Below are positions 63,095 through 64,000 of a stretch of DNA of 64,000 bases, piece by piece (the first letter of the stretch is position 1; every line of letters starts with the position of its first letter). This DNA is from a virus. Location: IMG/VR virus record IMGVR_UViG_3300027804_002057. One strand, written 5' to 3'. The position numbers and the translations under genes are program-made. The notes below the pieces were generated by a model, which saw only the letters and a program-made list of their open reading frames with translations, was not told the origin of the DNA and did not search any database.

Positions 63095-64000
63095 AAGCTC
63101 CCCCTGCACATGCCAACTCACCACTTAAGTCAGTTGTATCTTCCAATTCTATAACTTTACTTAAATCAACATCGTGCAATGTCTTCATAAGTTCTTCATA
63201 CTTTTCTTTTGTACAATCTTCAAATGGTGCTTGGATATAACTTCCACCATCGTAAGGTAATACAGAAAGTCCGTTATAGAAATCTTTATTTTCCCACATC
63301 CACTCACCAACTGCTTTCCACTCATGCTCTCTAATAGAAACAGTTGCAGATACGTTGTGTGTATTGTTACCGCTTCTATGACCAGGCTTAATCCACTCAC
63401 CATGTACTCTTTTAACTCTTTCCAATAATTGAATTGGTGATTCGGTTCTAAAAATAGCATCTGCTGGTGCTTTTTGTGGAATACCAATTACTGCGGTATC
63501 ATGTGGTCTGAAATATTCATCCTCTACTAATTCAGGGTGATGTAATGCTAAGTGAGCATAAATGCTTTCATTCTTACCAACTCTCACTCTACGAATATAG
63601 TAATCGTTATGCCAAGCGTGAATACCAGATGATGTACCTAAAGTTAATGAAGTTGTTCCAGCAGGCTTTACAGTTGTACATCTTGCTGACGGGTTAATTC
63701 CGATAATTTCAGCTACTCTTTTGTTTTCTTCTTTCACAACTTTAGCTGCTGCTTTCATATCAGCTTTTAATACTGCACCACTTCCGATACCTGTCATAGA
63801 TACACCAATTAATGCATCTTTTTCAGTTGTTCTTTGCCAAATTGGTCTTAGGTAATGAAAATCAGTATAACCCGCTTGTAATGTTCCGATGAATGATGCT
63901 GCTTTAACTCTAGCTTCTAAATCAGTTTGGTCTGCAATATCACTTACATTTACTTCACATAAGTTACAGAACTGATAAGGTCTTAATGCAATCTCACAAC
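63081..64000 (-). CDS. nrdJ: Class II (adenosylcobalamin) ribonucleotide reductase, C-terminal part (begins beyond right edge)
   Basis: Frame open to window edge: CEIALRPYQFCNL, TTVKPAGTTS, HNVSATV, YIQAPFE, ELACAGGACE. Confidence 0.92.
   Translation of the reverse strand, partial: CEIALRPYQFCNLCEVNVSDIADQTDLEARVKAASFIGTLQAGYTDFHYLRPIWQRTTEKDALIGVSMTGIGSGAVLKADMKAAAKVVKEENKRVAEIIGINPSARCTTVKPAGTTSLTLGTSSGIHAWHNDYYIRRVRVGKNESIYAHLALHHPELVEDEYFRPHDTAVIGIPQKAPADAIFRTESPIQLLERVKRVHGEWIKPGHRSGNNTHNVSATVSIREHEWKAVGEWMWENKDFYNGLSVLPYDGGSYIQAPFEDCTKEKYEELMKTLHDVDLSKVIELEDTTDLSGELACAGGACEVK

Larger units (their letters stand above)
1..64000 (-). mobile_element. Segment of a large dsDNA bacteriophage genome (T4-like replication module, probable Bacteroidota host)
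   Basis: PolB, gp45-like clamp, gp44/gp62-like loaders, tail-fibre-like proteins, bS21; single-strand dense gene packing; no cellular housekeeping operons. Confidence 0.92.

Noticed and set aside
1-64000. tRNA genes, introns/inteins, stop-codon reassignment, integrase
   Set aside because: Intergenic gaps are short with no cloverleaf seen; PolB and loaders are of normal length; genes end in TAA, TAG or TGA with standard-code ORFs intact

Overview
AT-rich segment of a large lytic phage genome with T4-like replication genes. Essentially all genes are on the minus strand, tightly packed, and in the standard genetic code. The host is very likely a Bacteroidota species: seven TTG-N20-TAnnTTTG (-33/-7) promoters, no obvious Shine-Dalgarno sequences, a DUF4494 gene and a phage bS21. 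In transcription order (right to left) the window holds: (i) class II ribonucleotide reductase and thioredoxin; (ii) a replication block (PolB, sliding clamp, clamp loaders, dUTPase, PD-(D/E)XK nuclease) interleaved with candidate DNA-modification/restriction genes (two Mom-like proteins, a DUF4338/DruA-like protein, a GT-B glycosyltransferase, a DUF262-HNH nuclease); (iii) about 34 soluble glycan synthesis/decoration genes (at least 13 glycosyltransferases, nucleotide-sugar enzymes, five methyltransferases, carbamoyltransferase, APS kinase, sulfotransferase) with no recognisable lipid-carrier or export genes; (iv) six Thr-, Ser- or Gly-Thr-Ser-rich probable virion proteins embedded among them, including four mucin-like proteins directly upstream of a glycosyltransferase resembling eukaryotic GT95/GT96 protein O-glycosyltransferases. 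Two candidate new systems stand out. One is a phage-encoded mucin-like glycocalyx built in the cytoplasm. The other is a replisome-embedded DNA-modification locus whose unrelated enzymes share a terminal Phe-Trp peptide (MSFWET / NFW) that could be a clamp-docking motif. All family assignments come from motif recognition by eye; no searches were run.
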